Below are positions 1 to 14,580 of a stretch of DNA of 64,000 nucleotides, piece by piece. Under the pieces are notes generated by a model. That model had not been told where the DNA came from. It worked only from the letters and a program-made list of their open reading frames with translations, and did not search any database. The translations under genes were made by a program, and so were the position numbers. Numbering within the stretch: the stretch's first letter is position 1; each line of letters starts with the position of its first letter. Location: positions 4,278,001 to 4,342,000 of the forward strand of contig JBHGNT010000004.1 in assembly GCA_043228905.1 (NCBI GenBank), given 5' to 3'. This DNA is from Azolla caroliniana. Its lineage: Eukaryota > Plantae > Polypodiophyta.

Positions 1-336
1 CCACCACCACCATATCCTCCTCCTCCTCCAATCTCTGCCACAACCATGACTGCTCCAGCCATCTTTCCCTGAAGGCCATGCCTCTACCCACCTGCCCTTC
101 CTCCTCCGAAGGCGCTGGTGACAGCCAGGAAGATGATTTCTCCACCATTCTTCTTCTTAAGCTTTTGCCCTCCACAATTACATAGGCAGATCTTGAAAAT
201 CATGTTGCAGTTTTCCAAATTCCTGCCGCTCCCCAACCTTTGATCCTTCAAGGGCTCGAATACACAGCAGATCAGCCCAGCAGGACCTGGGTTCCTCCTC
301 CTCCTCCTCCTCCTCCCATGGCGGCTTCAGAGCCAT
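1..336 (-). other. Possible 5' end of a gene running off the left edge, with several upstream ATGs
   Basis: GC-richer segment. An ATG at 62 (-) opens MAGAVMVVAEIGGGGGYGGG to the window edge, and another frame from an upstream ATG is also open to the edge. Short closed ORFs lie upstream, including a 52-aa ORF from the ATG at about 336. No recognisable domain. Confidence 0.25.
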
Positions 337-659
337 GATTACTCAGAGAAAATGCTATGTGGGAATTTTTTTAATTTTTTTTTGGGGGGGTGGGGGGATG
401 GAGATTGTGTGGCCACAACAATAGCTTGTAGTGATTTAGCAGCAGGCAGTCATTAAAAAAGAAGAAGCAAAATACAATTAGCTTAGCAGCCTTACACAGT
501 TTTTTGAAGGTTAATTCCTGTCTCTGTTAAAAGGGAGATAAAAGAATGTATCTATACTACTAGTACTAACACTTTTTAATTAAGTTCTAATGTTTCAGTT
601 TATGGTTCATGCAAAACCACACCCATTACAACAAATAAAGGAAGAATTACCCATATGCC

Positions 660-678
660 TATGTATGAATGAATGTAC

Positions 679-709
<31 letters not shown>

Positions 710-740
710 TGTATGCATAGGTATGTATGATGGATGGATG
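660..740. repeat. (TATG)n microsatellite
   Basis: Direct run of tatg/gatg units. Confidence 0.9.
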
Positions 741-2479
741 TTGATAACAATACAATATTCTCATTCTCGTTCTATGGCCATCTCAGTTTTTTCTTAAGAG
801 TCATATGTGTAAATACGGCCAATTATTCGTTTTGCTTTAACCTTAATTCTTGTATTAAAGTTTCTTCCCAACTATGTGTGTCATTTGTACACCCTAGAAA
901 ACCAAGTGTCGGAATGATGTTTGTTGGCCACAATTCACCCGAGGCTTATCAAGCAAATGTACTTGCTCGACAATGAATGAATGAATTAATGAGTGCTTGG
1001 AATTGAATCAATTGATATGCTTAAATTGACTATATTTGCCTGCCCAGCATGTGTACTAATCTTGGTGTATAGATTTTCCGTTTCTAGCATTCAATTTGAA
1101 AGTCATGCACATGTAATATGTTCCCATTCATTCTTGTAGTTGTAAGTTGTACATTATAGAGGCTAGAGATATATGCACATAGACAGAGATGGTCATCAAG
1201 TTGTTGATTTGACGTACATGACTCACAAATATTAGCGTTTGTTTATAACCCAATTCATTGCTATCATTTAAGCTTTTGAAATCTTTCGGACTTCTTTTTT
1301 TCGAGGACATTTTGAAGGGTTTGCTGGATTCTACGACAAATTAAGGAAATAAAACAAAATTTCACAAAAGACTAGCTAAATATTGACATGTTTTGAAAGA
1401 GTAGATCTATTTTACATACATTCTAAGGTTTCGTAACCCATACATTCGCGCAACCATTTAGAGTGACAAACAATCATGCAAGTTGATTGTCCCAAATATG
1501 AGGTGAAAACCGTAAAATAAAGTCGTTCTTAAAAGCCTTGAAAGTAGTTTTGAAAATTGCCAAAGGGAAAATTTGAAAACTTTTGAGGACAAGTTTCAAG
1601 AAAATGTTGAGGAATTTTGAAGGACTTGCCTTATTTTCTACACTTTCTAAGGTCTCCTAAGTTCTAACCTAACATTCGTGCAACTATATTGAGTGAGAAA
1701 CAATGATACATGATTGCCTACGAGAATGGTTTAAGAAGTAGAATTCATTCAAAATTGATTGAAGACCATGTGGTGATGTGATATTCATGTAGTTTAGTAT
1801 ATTTTACCATGTGAGTCACATACATCTTGAACAAACAATGTGTAGTGCCCATTCATATATATCACATCCCAATCTTGAAATGGCTCTACAAATACAACAA
1901 TAATCTCGCCAACCCCACTTGGATTGTGCAAACTGTCACCACCTAGTTGGCCACACACATTGTCTAAGCAATCTCATTCACTATGTTGGTGGTTTTAGTT
2001 ACAAAATTATATATGGCAACACATGGGCCAACATTCTAATTACATACTTTAATAGTATGCCGTATCCATAATTTGTATTCGTCACCATCATTTATACAAG
2101 TAATCAAATCCATTCAATAAATACAAAAGAATTTACAAATTTGTGCCATTCATTTCATCATAGCTTGGTAACACGCACCACCGGTGTCAAGTTCAAAATT
2201 ATGCTAAAGCCCTGTGGTTAAGGGCTGAAATTTCCTTCACAATATGGTCTGTGGAAGATTGAAAGAGTTGTTCTGTAATAATGAATTAACATGAGGCAAA
2301 AGATAGTGTGGATATGAATGGAAGGATATATGAGCCCAAGAACATGGAAGATGTCTTTGTTGAAGCATGATATGGTAGTATGTCTTAGTTAGACATTTAT
2401 CACAAGCATCTCCATCCTTTTACAAGTTTGATGTGTTCCTTGTAATGGATTCATATCAATTGACTTGGGATTAAAAATA

Positions 2480-4160
2480 AGGATACTAAAGTACCCCCTA
2501 TGAGTTCACCTATCTACCAATATGTTTCAAAATTACCATTATAGCCATGGCTAAAAAAAATACCCTTCATAAAAAGAAACATACAAACCAAAATGTGAAA
2601 CTTATTTACCAAAATACCAACATACTAATCTTAATTACCAAAATACCAATACACTAAACTTATTTACCAAAGTGCCCTTTGTAGCAACCTTAATTATTGT
2701 TACATTCACCATTCACAACGGCAAATGTTATCACTTGACCCACTATGCTTCAACCTTTGACAACCATTTTATTTCATTTAATGCTAGTTATTAGACCTGA
2801 TATTTCTATTTCTTAGTCTACCCTATCAAGCTCTATGTTTGTTAGCATTTGTATTCCTCTTAATCTACAACCCTATTATTGATTGATCTATCATATCATT
2901 TTATGAATAAGTATTCAGCCTAATTCTTCTCGTTTTAATCTACCCTCTTATTAGCATCAACCTTTATATAGTTGTCAATCTCAAACTTCATTTTACTAAA
3001 AACAACTTGCGATGAAATATCATGGATTTGATGGACACATAGTAACATGTACAATCACAAAAACATGACTAACGTTGCATATTTAACTCGACACTACGCA
3101 TTGGGTTAGAATTACTATTGTTTTTCCTAAAATTTCCATTTATCATATTTCATATCTTCTTTTTTGCTCTTTTCTTCTTTCGCTCTCCAACACTCTCGGT
3201 CTCTTTTTCAATCTTTGACTCTCATGCTCTCTCGTTCAATCTCTAGCTCCTGTGCTCTTTTGGTAGCTCTCCAATTCTCAACATCTCTTTGTTCATTTTC
3301 ATGATTTTGACAATTTACTCTCTTCAATTGACAATTAAATAATAATATCAAGCTATAAGTAGACACTTTTGATTATGCTCTCACTCAATCTCTAGCTCTT
3401 GTGCTCTCTTGCTAGCTCTCCAATCCTCAACATCTCTTTGTGTGTTCTCATGCTTTTTGCAATTTACTCTCTTCAATTGACAATTAAACAACAATATCAA
3501 GGTATTAGTAGACACATTTGATTAAGCAATATTATGCAAAATTACAAAGTACATATACCATGTTAAATTTAGCTAGTGCCAATTAGTTATTGTTCATCAT
3601 GCTTTGATGTCGAATTATCATTATCTTGCTCGACCTCCTCTAGTGTATTCTCTGCGACATTTGGTGTATCGACATTTAGACCTTGGTTGATTTGTTCTTC
3701 TCATTTGAACTCTTCAATGTTCATCCTAAATGCATGACAACATGATTGTGAATAGATATAAACAAAATCACTTAACATTATCTTGAGAAACACTTATGAA
3801 AGGATTAGGTTTGAGGATGTCCTCAATTATTTGTAACCTTTAAAGTATCAGTCACATTTAAAGTTAAAGGATTAAATTATTGGTCACAATTTAAAAAAAA
3901 GGCTATAAACTAGGAATCAACAACGGTTCGGTTTCAACTTAATTGGTTTGGCCTTGTCCAAACCAAACCGGTTCAGCCTTAATCGGTTTGGAAGTTTTCA
4001 AACTTGAACGAAACTAGTTAAGCCTTAGCCGGTTTGTCCAATCCGGCTAAGCCTAAACCGGTTTGGACAAACTATTTAGACTTAAACGGTTTGCCCAATC
4101 CAGTTCTGTTCGTCTTGAGCCTTGCCGAACCGAGCTCAAACTAGTTTACAAAGCTCAAGC
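2480..4160. repeat. Degenerate DNA-transposon-like repeat tract
   Basis: About 28-bp TTACCAAAATACC repeats at 2600-2680, a ~150-bp direct repeat (3225-3370 and 3375-3520), and AACCGGTT/AAACCGG motif clusters at 3920-4150. The motif cluster recurs at about 35060-35160. No coding remnant recognised. Confidence 0.45.
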
Positions 4161-5485
4161 TACGTACATATGATCAATAGCAAAGCTAATTTATTTCGAT
4201 TTTCAACTCATGATAATCCACAACCAAACTTAGAGAATCGTTTTCTTCTTAAATAATATGGGTGTACTAATTGAGGATATAAATGGTCAAATAAATACTT
4301 TTGCCAAATTTTCATCAGTATATCTTTGAAAAGCCTTGAGTTGTAATGGAGATGATTCAAATTAACCCATGTCATGGTTCTTTCCTTGATGTAGATTGAT
4401 GCTCTTGAAGCAAGTTGGCCTTCACTTTATTAAAGAAATTTGCATATTCATATCTTGAACATTTGACTCCTATAGAATAGAGGACGGGTTTCGAAGATTG
4501 CAAATACAAACACCTTGTTTCGTCCCAATTTGCATAACCTTTGTAGAGAAATTTGTAAGAACCTATGGGGCTCTAAATTTGGATATGGAATAATGAGGAA
4601 CTGAAGTGCGCTTTTTTTAATTTTCCGTCATTGCTGGCTTCCTTGAATCAATCCTTGGAATGTGAAGATTTAACCAAAGTAGACCAAGAACAACTAGATG
4701 CTTAAGACTACTAATTATGATATACTACAAATGTGAGACTAGAGAGGATTTGTTGTGTTGTGCTCACTCAACCTATGTTACAAAAAAAATTGCAAATTTG
4801 ATATGATGAAATGGAATTAGTATTGGGTACATAATTTACATATCGTCTCTTGTCCAACACAATGGTTCTAATTTTGGTTGGACTTGTACGTTTAACTCGT
4901 CTTCTAGTTAATTAAGAACTACAAATTGTTTGGCATGAGTCGGAATGTTGGGGCTATAGGATCGCTATATTTAATTATAGAGTGGAATCAAATTGATTAG
5001 AAAATCTTTTGGTTTACTTGACACATTAGCTTATATACAACACTATGTATCTCTTACCACCACAATATTGACACGAAGAAATTGGTCAACACTATGTATC
5101 TCTTACCACCAAAATATCAACACAAACAAATTGGTCAACACCATTGCCTTTTGGCTTCAAATAAAGAACCTCAATGATATTCCACCTTGATATCCATCAA
5201 CGTGAGAATTCCTCTCACTCCTATCACAATGATGTTTGGTGCTCAAGAATATATCATCGATGGAGCTACTAACACTATATAAGTCTATTGTGATCTAAGG
5301 TGTTAGTGTGATGTTAGTTGATGCTCAAATTGTTCTCAAATGAGCAACGAACAAATTGTTCTCCATGGTATCGAGGAAATCCTCATGTGTTTGTGAAATG
5401 ATGCGGAACCGATGGGGTCCTAGACCAGGTTAGTTCTCAGGTTAGTGTCATCGTCTCAGGTTAGTTCTCTCAATCTCTATTAGAA

Positions 5486-6390
5486 TGGCTGACACAACAA
5501 CAGGAAGTTGATGATTGTTGATGGATGTGGTAGTGATGATGGTTATGAAAATTACAAGAGGCAAAAGTGTATTGATTCTACAAAACATGAGAAAACATCA
5601 TATGCTGCTATTCTTGGTGGGGAAGATGTTATTGGAGATGATTATGATATTGACAGTCGTTGTGATTTTGTTAAGGCTTTGCTTTCCGATTTTATGGGAA
5701 AAAATGAGAAAGATGCTAAAGATTGTGTGGAGGAGGATGTTGTCGGGGTGGTGATCGAGACCAACTCTATGTTAGCAGCTTTTGATAGGTTCTATGATTG
5801 TGGTGTTATTTTGTATTTCACTAGCAAACTTCCTTTGGTATCATGGATTAAGTAGTGGTTGAATTCATTCACAATGCCTAATTGTGTTGAGGATGTGTAT
5901 GTGGGTCCAAGAGGTTTCTATGATGTAGTTTTTCGATTGTCAGAACACCGTACGGCTTTGATGGTAAAGGTACCAATCTTTTTTGATAGAAGATTAGTGC
6001 ATGTGATGGAATGGGTTCCAGTGGTGGATTATAAAGATTTATTAAAACAACAATGTCCAATTTGGGTGACCGTTGATTGTAGTAACTCATTCGTTTGGAA
6101 TTTACTACTAGTATTGATGTCCCAAATTGGTAAAGTTTTGGTTGCTCCTCATGTTAAATTCATTGAACAAACGTAGATTTTGCATGTTATGGGATACAAG
6201 TTGTAAACTTCTAGGATGGTTGAGTATCGATACATCTCGATTTGGTCGATTTCGTTTTAAGCTTCAATGGGAAACTTTTGCAAGACATTGTTTTAAATGT
6301 GGTAAATTGGGGCATTTTATGGCTGGATGCCAATATCATGGTGAACTATTCCTAGAAAATAATGTCAAAGGGAAAAATAAGGAAGATGTT
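5486..6390 (+). mobile_element. LINE (L1-like) ORF1 remnant, DUF4283-like region plus CCHC zinc knuckle
   Basis: The frames give SYAAIL, GFYDVVF, LVHVMEW, CPIWV and HCFKCGKLGHFMAGC, with a stop and a frameshift. Truncated at about 6390, where Gypsy RT sequence begins. Confidence 0.75.
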
Positions 6391-9300
6391 GAGAAGGATA
6401 CCCTTTTATCGGGATGTCATCCAGAAACGGCATGGTGATGTCAGGGATGCAATCCCTCAAAACCTTGTTCATCGCGTTCACCATGTGCGCCACCGAGTTC
6501 GTCCCTCCCTGCGGCAGGGTGCACATTCGAACTAGGTTGAGAGGGTTTCGCATCGTCATGATGTCCCTACTCTCTACGACTAGTTGGAACTGGTCATACC
6601 TTGAGTACAAATCGCCAACCGAGTAGATCGACCTTCTGGCGAAGGCCTCTGCAAACTCGTCGATTGTTGGCCCGATTCGTACGTTCCAAATGGTCACCTT
6701 GTTGACTAGCTGTAGGTCCTGAATGAAGCGGAGCGTGCCATTCTTCTTTGGCATCGTAAACCACCGATTTGAGTATGGGGCGCTCGACGGCTCAAGGATC
6801 CCCATCTCGACCTTCAACTTGATGAACTCCATCAACTTCAAGATGTGAGCTCTCGACACTGAAACCGTGAAGATCACATTGGCTCTATGATCGTCGGGTC
6901 GACGCACCCGATCTCCCCCGACGAGAATGCGAAGGCTTTATTGTGCCTTCTGAGCATCCTCCGAAACTAGTCTTCCTCCGCGGGTAGTAGGAAGCCACCC
7001 CCACCGATCTTGAGTTCTCGTAGTGTCTCGTCAATGAACCAATGTCCTATCCCGACCGGATCTCGTAAACTTGGGTCGGTCGCAACCCCTTTCATCCACT
7101 CCCAGTTGTCCTCCAACAATGGAGCCGCGATTAGCCTCACCTTCCGGTCCACAGTCTTATACTTGGTGTCTACCCGGGCGGTCCGATCCAACCCAATCGT
7201 CTTCCCGAAGTCCGTGATGATCTCACACATCTCATTGGAACTTACCGGCATGATCCGATCATCGTTGAGATCCTCTTCGACTATCTTCTCGATCTCCCCG
7301 AGAGTGTCATCGAATGAGACTGCCTCCACGACGCCGTTGATCTCCTCATTGGAGCCTAAGGCGCCGCATGCCTTCAAGCGTCCTTCGACTTGTTTCTTCT
7401 CCGGGCCACCGATGTTGGTTATGGTACAACCTCCATTAGCAAAGGGCCAAAAAATTCTACTTATGGTACAAGTGTGGGGATTAATTCGGTTGTCCGGACT
7501 ATCGCGGCCCCACGCCTTGATAGTCCTCTCTAAAAATCCTCTTAGCCCTCGCCGCTAAGAGAATCTCGGTTTCGTTCATGGTTCGTTCGAACCATTAGAA
7601 ATTGGACGGAGTGCTTGCCGTCCTGGCTCTTCACCCTCGCGTAGGTGGAATTATTGTCCAGGATGTTGGTCTCCATATGAGCCGCCATAATGTAAGGTTC
7701 GCCGAGAATCACCAGATGGGAGGATGCTTCTTGCACGAAGAAGTGTTGGTTGATCTCGACATCCCCGACCTTTACTCGGACGTTCGGCACCCCCTTGTAG
7801 CTCCTTTGTGGCTCGGGTCGCCCCGCGTATCTTCCACCCATGCTTGGTATTGATCGGTCACCGATCATTCCTGTAGAAGTCCATCGACATCATATTGATT
7901 TCTGATCCATGGTCAATCAGTGCCACCACTAGCTCCTTCACATCCCCGATTTGGACAGGGGTTTCCATCGTCGCTCTGGCCCAGTGTGGGTGCTCTGCAA
8001 GAACTCTTCCATCGCCACCTCTTCGATGTGGGCCGCCTTTACTTCAACCGGCTTCTCCGGCTCTGGCTCTATCGAGAGCTGCTTCCTCTTTACCAGGTCC
8101 ACGATAGAATTGTGGAATTCCTTCTTTGAGATCCCTAGAACCTCCCTTAACGAGAGTTCCACCTTGGTGTCGAGGATACATTCCTCCAAGACCTTCCATA
8201 GGTCTGTCGTTGTTTCTATCTACGAGCTCAAATGGAAGCTCGGTAATTTTGCCTTCTCCTGCGAGCCGGTCAGACCTTTGTCATTTCTCTTCGAACCGCT
8301 CCGTGTCTCATATCGGTTTGAAGTCCCGGCTCCATTGGATTTTCCGGCCCACTTGTCTTCCACCAAGACCTCATAGTTCTGGTATGCGGCTTCCGCAAAG
8401 CCGGTTTTCTGTTCCACCGGATCGTTCCATTCGGTGCACTCTTGGATTTGCCTCTCCGCTCGGTTCACCTCTTCCTTTCGTAGCCTCACCCCTAAGAGGC
8501 CTTCTAGTACTAGCCGCCAAAATCCAGTATTGCTTCCGGACGCGACACCCTTCTCTCCGCCTACCCGGATCCCTACCGACACCGAGTAGTAGATGGCCTC
8601 AACATTACGGGCCACGACTTCCTCCATTATCCTCTTCATGCCACCTCATCCGATGTTCACTTCGAGGAGCCTTCGTGTATCGCACGCATGTACCCGTCCG
8701 TTCCAGAGGTACACGATATTGTTCTTGAGTGCTTTGGTGAAATCGGCGCACTTTGTTTGGATGTGGCTGACGGCATGCATCATTGGTCTACAGGAGGCCT
8801 CTGGTCACGTGACTGTCCCCCGCCATCTCTCCGGGCTTGCGTGATCTAGAGATCGCGCACCATTTTCGTCAGCTCCTCCAGAGCTGCTCCCCCGGATGGG
8901 CCCTTGACCACGTCGGTCAGGACCATGGCCGACTCGAGCCACCTTCATGTCTCTTCTGCCCGCGTCGGAATCGGTCCCTCTGGCTTCTTCCTCACACCCG
9001 GGCCGATTGTTGATGACCCTGCATCATTCCATTCTCGCCGTTTGTCAAAATGGCTACAAACCCTCTTTACCGTGGCCCAATCATCCGTGAGCCCTTCATC
9101 CGTCTCCAACAGGAGACCCACCTTTTCCCGGTCGAGTGGATACCAACTTGATAAACAATAGGACCTTGCTCATGTCGAACATGGTTGTCTTTCGAACTCC
9201 TAGAACAACACAGAGATGTTCCTCCCCTTCCTAGGGCTCTCGACTCACTCCATCAGCTCCTTCTTTGATAAGCGGAGCGAGTCATCAAAACTGTATCTTT

Positions 9301-10001
9301 CGAGGAGCTATTCCTCGAACTCCTGCCAACTTCGACAATCGACATGCATCTCGAGCACTTTTGCATGGATGCTCGGCGTAACTACCCGTGGGAACACGGA
9401 CAACCGTCTATCGTCCAAAGCATCTCTCATCAGCGTCTCGGCTTTGAAAGCCTCCAGGAAGTTCGTGACGTCCTTTCCGTTGAATTAGCTTGCCATGCCG
9501 ACTACCGTTTCCACAGCCCTATCGAGGCCATTGGTGCTCTCTCGAGCATTAACCAGGCAGTCGATAGCCACCCCATCGCTTTAGCGAGTTCGCTCCCCTC
9601 ATTTTCGAACTCCTCTACTGCCCCTGTTCACGTCGGGTTCACCAAAGATGCCGCGGTTTTCCACGGGTATATGTTGAAATGTTGAAAGCAAGCTCTAGCC
9701 TCCCCTTTTATAGCTCAATGGGAGACCATTACATCGTGATCGGTGTCAACCCCCCCCCCGCCCCCCCCACCCCCCCCCCCCCCCTCCCCTTGATTTCTTC
9801 ACATCAAATCCTCGTATTCTCTCTATGCATGTGGGACTTTAAAGTATCCATTAATTCCTATTACCTAGTACTTACCGGTCCTATGCTATTTACATTATGT
9901 TTGTACATAATCCTTGATTCGTGTGTATCGCCAATCGGTGCACACACCCATTCACACGCACTTGGTTCCAATTCTCTTCATGGCCTGAATCCTTCACGAC
10001 A
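6391..10001 (-). mobile_element. Degenerate, 3'-truncated Ty3/Gypsy element of the same group as 26778-34089
   Basis: Broken gag, protease (LIDHGSEIN) and RT N-half (PYSNRWF, LPQGGTNSVAHM, FLDDIPIKG). tRNA-Trp PBS at 9627-9644. LTR-like segment 9649-10001 (TG...TTCACGACA), flanked by ACGT. Confidence 0.9.
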
Positions 10002-10014
10002 ACGTTATGGACTA

Positions 10015-10114
10015 NNNNNNNNNNNNNNNNNNNNNNNNNNNNNNNNNNNNNNNNNNNNNNNNNNNNNNNNNNNNNNNNNNNNNNNNNNNNNNNNNNNNNN
10101 NNNNNNNNNNNNNN
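10015..10114. other. Assembly gap (100 N)
   Basis: Run of exactly 100 N, so contiguity across it is not guaranteed. Confidence 1.
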
Positions 10115-10260
10115 AAGTTGGTAAGGTTCTCAACCTATACATTTCGCTAGGCTAGTGGCATCTAGTAAATTGAAAAGGTATATATGGGTGGTAGAGAGGT
10201 TGGGTGTACCAATTACAACATGGAATCTTGGCACCTTGGATGTCTATCTACAAGCACTTA

Positions 10261-10481
10261 CTAATTCCCTATAGTTGGCTACCGGTAGTAAATGATTAAC
10301 TATGGGAGATTTATTTAGTAACCTAGTATATAGTATCTTGTAACTATATTAGGTGGTCCATTGTTCAAACTAATTCCCTAAGAGTTGGCTTATTAGTAGT
10401 AAATGATTAACTATGGGAGAACTATTTAGTTAACCTAGTTATAGTATCTTATAATTATAATTAGGTTCTCCATTGTTCGAA
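10261..10481. repeat. Two tandem copies of a ~110-bp unit
   Basis: CTAATTCCCTA...CCATTGTTC at 10261 and 10370. Confidence 0.8.
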
Positions 10482-11340
10482 CATGTACAATTTGATAGCT
10501 ATGGTCAAAGAGGTAACATATAAACATGATTGATTGCCCTCAATCAAAGAAACTCCACGAATTTAGTATTTTCACAAGAATCTACAACTTTGAAACCCTG
10601 TTGCCACAATTACATTGGAAGATTGAAGCACGACGAGGTGAATAGAAAGATTGGATGGGATCATGATACATATGAATAATATATACCTTTAAAGCTATCA
10701 TCTAATTCTAAAGAGTAGGGCTTAGAAGGGCTAATATGTGCTCTATATGAGCTAATCTAGGCCACTCTTTTAAGGGAACAATTTCCATACACACCAAAAG
10801 ACTTCTTGCAGTACCAACATGATGGGTCCTGGTACCAACATGATGGGTCCTGAGGAGTAGCATTTGCTTGCATCGGACCTAACACAAGGATCATCCATCC
10901 TTCTGAATTGTGGAGCATCATGGACAAGATCATTGAATGGGATCGTTGGTGGCATCATGGAACCATAACTACGAAATGTGGATGGCTACATTGATGGAGC
11001 CAAGTGATATGGCGGACAACCATTATCTCTTCATGGGCAATGGCCGATCGATCGATCGATCGACATGGGAGCTCAAGTGTCCAAATGACACTTCTTTGCG
11101 ATGCGTCCAATTGGCAAGACACACACTCTTCTCTTCGCGAGTGGAGCTCAAAGTGTCCAAGTCACATTGACATTGAAGAGGTGTTTCAAAACTATAGAAA
11201 CACTCTCCTATGATATTTTTTGCATGCCTTTTTAGGTCTTTTTTGCCCCTTTTGGTTTTGTTGCAGGAGCAATTGTGCAGAGCTCCTTCTTTTTCATTTT
11301 CTTCATCGTCTTCTTCTTCTTCCGTCTCTCTGTCCCTGCG

Positions 11341-13620
11341 ATGTACGCAGCCTCAGCAGAGATGAGGAGAAGCTCCCTACACTTAGCGAAGATCGTGGGT
11401 TCGAATCCGCGTTTCTTCTCATCATCCTTATCTAACTCCTTGCAGCAGGGAGCAGGGGAATCGCGTGTCATTCCTCCTCCTTCTCGATCAGGAACAGGAC
11501 CTCAATGGATCTTTTTAGGTTGCCCTGGTGTGGGTAAAGGTACCTATGCGAGTCGCCTTGCCAAGTTTCTCGGCATCCCTCACATCGCCATGGGCGATAT
11601 AGTCAGACAAGAGCTCTCTCAACCCACTCCATCTGGCCTTCAGGTTTGTGGTCTCTCTCAAACTCATGTGATTTTCACTTCATGCCATTTCTTTTCATAT
11701 TTGTTTTTTTTTTTTATGTCATGGCATTTCATTCCATATCACCTCTTTGACATAATTTCACTTCTTGCTCATACTCGATTTTTATTTTACTTTGTGTGTA
11801 TTTTTTTTATTCAATCATTATATTGAATTTACGAATTGGATAACCTGGTTCTCTCTTGTAGCTCAAGAAGCTAATGGAGCAAGGGCAACTTCTTCCTGAT
11901 GAAGTTGTGCTTAATCTCCTTTCCAAAAGGTTGAGCAATGGATCTGATGCGGGAGAGTCTGGTTTTATTCTTGATGGATTCCCACGAACTCGAAGTCAAG
12001 CGGTATAGTGCGCATACTCTTTTGTTACCCCATTTAATGTCAACTTGCATCTGGCTTATTAAAGATGACATCTGTAGTGTGTGGGGGTCCTTCCATTACC
12101 AACAAAGATATTTTGGATGATGTGTACTGATCTGTTCATTAAATTAATGGATCTTTTCCAATGATGATGTAGTGATGCAGTGATGTTTTCTAAGTGATAA
12201 GTAAACAAGATAATTGATTTTGTTAAATACTTTGGCCGATTTCATCACATATTCAGTATTTCTAATTATATTCTTGGTGTACCAGTAAAGCCATTCAGCA
12301 ACATCTATGAATGTGGACAAAGTCGAGTAGTTGATTATCTGTTTGAGAGATTACCAAACTGATTTAAAGTTGTAGAATTCTAAAAGTTTGGAAATGGTTT
12401 CAAATATGCTAGTGGTTCTAGAAGTGCGGGAATCTGCTGCATCAAGTTTTTTTCCAATCTTTATCATTTATCTTCCTAGTATGGTAAATTTTGTGTTCCT
12501 GCAGGCAACTTTGGACACTATAACAGATATTGAATTGGTTGTGAACCTAAAGCTAAGAGAAGATGTGCTAATCATGAAATGTTTGGGAAGGAGGGTGTGC
12601 AGTGGTTGTGGCACTAACTATAATGTTGCAGAGATTGATGTAGCCACAGAGGATGGAGGGAGGATTTTCATGCCCCCGTTGTTACCTCCTCCTGCTTGTG
12701 CCCCCAAAATGACTATTCGTGCTGATGATACTGAAGAGGTCGTAAGAGCACGGATGGATGTTTATGCACAAGAGGTAAGATGCAGAGAAATAAGTAATGT
12801 GTAGCTGTTTTGTTGGTCTTTGTTATTCACATTGTCTTCTTTTTGCTGTTTTTTTGAACTCTTTGAATGAAGAGAGTGACTTTATAAAGCCACCATGTGC
12901 TTAGGTGAGATGGTGAAGGAGAAACTATGCTCTTAGATGAGATGGTGAAGGGGTGGACTGAATATACGAAATATATTCTAAGCTAGGAATTCCACGGTTT
13001 TCAATCCGTGGGTTGTGGAAAGTCAATTTGTGAAGTCGTGTTTTAGGAGAAAGTTGACAATCTGTGCAGGACATCTGCAACATGTGAAATATGCCCACCT
13101 GACTTATGGAGTTATTATGTAGTAAACCATATGGTTTAGCACCTTTAACATAAACCTTAGGGCCAGTTTTGGAAATTATAAATGATCTATTTGCCCGTTG
13201 CCAAGATACATAACTAATCAACATGCTGGTAAAGAGGGCAATTTGTATGTCTATCCATCTCCACAAATAAATGTGTGCATGTGAGTCCGTATGCTAAAAT
13301 CTAAGCATGTTTGTATACCTATGCCTATACCTATACCTATACCTATACGTAACTGTATATTAGTTGAATTTGGAAATTGTAAAGGTAGCGAGTTTCACTT
13401 TGTGTGATGCCTTGTTGCTTGATGTTTCTTCTAACCTTCTGTCTTCTCTTTTGGTGGTTGTTTTCCTTTTCAGTGCAAGCCGGTGGAAGAGTACTATCGA
13501 GCGCAAGATAAAATTTTGGACTTTGATGTTATTGGAGGGATACCTGAGACGTGGCCAAAACTCCTCGAAGCTGTGAAGCCATATTTGCCCAAAGAGGCAT
13601 TGGCAGTAGCAGCAGCCTAG
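11341..13620 (+). CDS. ADK: Adenylate kinase, organellar type with N-terminal transit peptide, about 286 aa
   Basis: Exons 11341-11643, 11862-12002, 12505-12774 and 13474-13620, all GT-AG and phase 0. P-loop [27 protein letters not shown] region GRRVCSGCG...RADDTEEVV, and C-terminal [11 protein letters not shown]. Ser/Arg-rich N-terminus. Confidence 0.95.
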
Positions 13621-14519
13621 GCTTTTTTAGGAAAGGAAGCCACAACAGGGTTGTTGCTACCCTCAAATGTATTCACACAAATGAATGTCTGCAGTGTATA
13701 CTTATTGCAGCCTGGCGGAATCATTTTTATGAAGACAATTGGATTATCTAGAGGCAGTAGCATTGTTTTTTTTCCCCCACTAATAAAGACGCCTTATTAA
13801 CATTCTTTAATAATGCTACCCCTTCGTATGAGGAGCATTGTGAAGGCTAGACCATTCAATTTGATCGTTTAGCCACAAGTTAATGTATCTGGCATGTTGC
13901 CATTAGCATGTTGGAAACTGTTGTATGGAATTAGATTTTGCATCAGACATGATTAAACATGGAAATAGGGGGAAGTTTGGCCATATCCATCATTTTGGGA
14001 ACATTGTCTTTATACTTTGTTACATTTTATTTATCATGAGTGGGTAACAGTCATTTGGGAACATGGTAAAACTATGCATACATTTATGAAATAAGAAGTG
14101 AATCTTAATGCATATACTCTTTATCACGCGAATTTCTCAGGATGTATCTTATGGCACTAATGATATCTCTTATTCACATTGGCTTGTTCTCTGTATCTCT
14201 ATTTGTTTGTTTGTGTGTGTATGTCTCTCTCTCTCTCTCTTTAATATTTCTTGCTGTGCCTGTCTCCTTTATTGTAAAAGCAGCTACTCATTGTCCATTG
14301 GTTCTCGAGGTGCAGCTTCATATGAGGTTGTATTTAAGATAATCCTGAGGGAATCTTGTAAAGAGCTAATGGGTGTCTCAATCTTGTGCTCATAGGTAAC
14401 TGTTCGATTTCAAAGATTCGTGTGGAATAGAAAGCATGCATGGAGTAGTGTATTAATTCATGCTAAAGTGTAAGGTTTGGATTGGAGATGTCTCTGGTTT
14501 CCTCTAGTCTTCTCTCTAT

Positions 14520-14548
14520 CTTCTTGCTAATATATATACATATATAAT

Positions 14549-14580
<32 letters not shown>

